Below, one piece after another: positions 63,422 to 64,000 of a stretch of 64,000 bases of DNA. The position numbers and the translations under genes were made by a program. The stretch covers positions 3,620,811 to 3,684,810 of the forward strand of contig NC_057757.1 in the NCBI RefSeq assembly GCF_004010195.1, read 5' to 3'. Under the pieces are notes generated by a model. The model did no database searches. It saw only the letters and a program-made list of their open reading frames with translations, and was not told the origin of the DNA. How positions within the stretch are numbered: the first letter of the stretch is position 1; each line of letters starts with the position of its first letter. The stretch is from Chiloscyllium plagiosum (taxonomy: Eukaryota).

Positions 63422-64000
63422 CAGGATCTGGCCACAGTTGACTGGGAATAGCTCCTTGTGAGTAAGTCTCCAGCAGAGCAATTGGTATTTGAGGGGGGGG
63501 GGGGGGTTGTCATTCAAAAAGGAGCTGGGGAGAGTACAGGTCCAACGTTAGGGAAAATGCAAGACCAATAAGCTCAGAGAACTCTCGATGTCTGGAACAA
63601 ATCAGGATTAAGTCTTTTAGCAAGTGCAAAGGATGCAATTCATTTGTGGCACGAAAGAAAACTATAGAAAGTGCAAGAGAGAACTTAAGAAAACAATCAG
63701 AAGAGCAAAAAGGGGGCATGAGAAAGGATTTGTAAACAGGATTAGGGAAAATTTGAAGATATTTTATAAATTCATAAATTAGAAGAGGTTAACCAGGGAA
63801 AGATAGGGCAGATTAGGGACCAAGAGGGCAATCTGTGTGTGAAGCCGCTGGGCATTGGAAGGGTTTTAAAATATTCACTTCAGACTTCATTTTAGAAAAG
63901 AACATATGTATGGAATTCAGGAAAAGGGACTGTGAGGAACTTGCACAGTTTGCCATAGGAAATGGGGTGGTATTGGAGGCTCCGTCAGGTTTGAAAATGG
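63422..64000 (+). mobile_element. Old CR1 LINE (inverted paralogue of 23100-23665)
   Basis: aagaacatatgtatggaattcaggaaaagggact matches the reverse of 23160-23200. Confidence 0.75.

Overview
Repeat-dense vertebrate genomic DNA, very probably from a shark or ray (inferred from HE1-like tRNA SINEs, CR1 LINEs and Penelope-like elements), with three N gaps. It holds a cluster of five GPR139/GPR142-like class A GPCR loci in two subfamilies. Four show a short exon 1 joined by a phase-1 intron inside TM1 to a long exon 2; the fifth shows exon 2 only. Subfamily A: A1 (+) is a frameshifted exon 2; A2 (+) has an intact exon 2 but its start codon reads AAG; A3 (-) has an intact exon 1 but a frameshifted exon 2. 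Subfamily B: B1 (-) and B2 (+) are intact 319-aa paralogues in the two arms of a large inverted segmental duplication (about 23.1-40.3 kb vs 46.75-64 kb). The inner ends of the arms carry a 40/41-bp minisatellite, and the genes show gene-conversion-like patches. Other notable structures are a 51-bp inverted repeat bracketing the promoter and exon 1 of each B gene, many minimal hammerhead-ribozyme motifs in Penelope-derived tails, and a Gmr1-type (INT before RT-RH) Gypsy remnant in three copies. All alignments were done by eye, repeat boundaries are approximate, and no database search was run.
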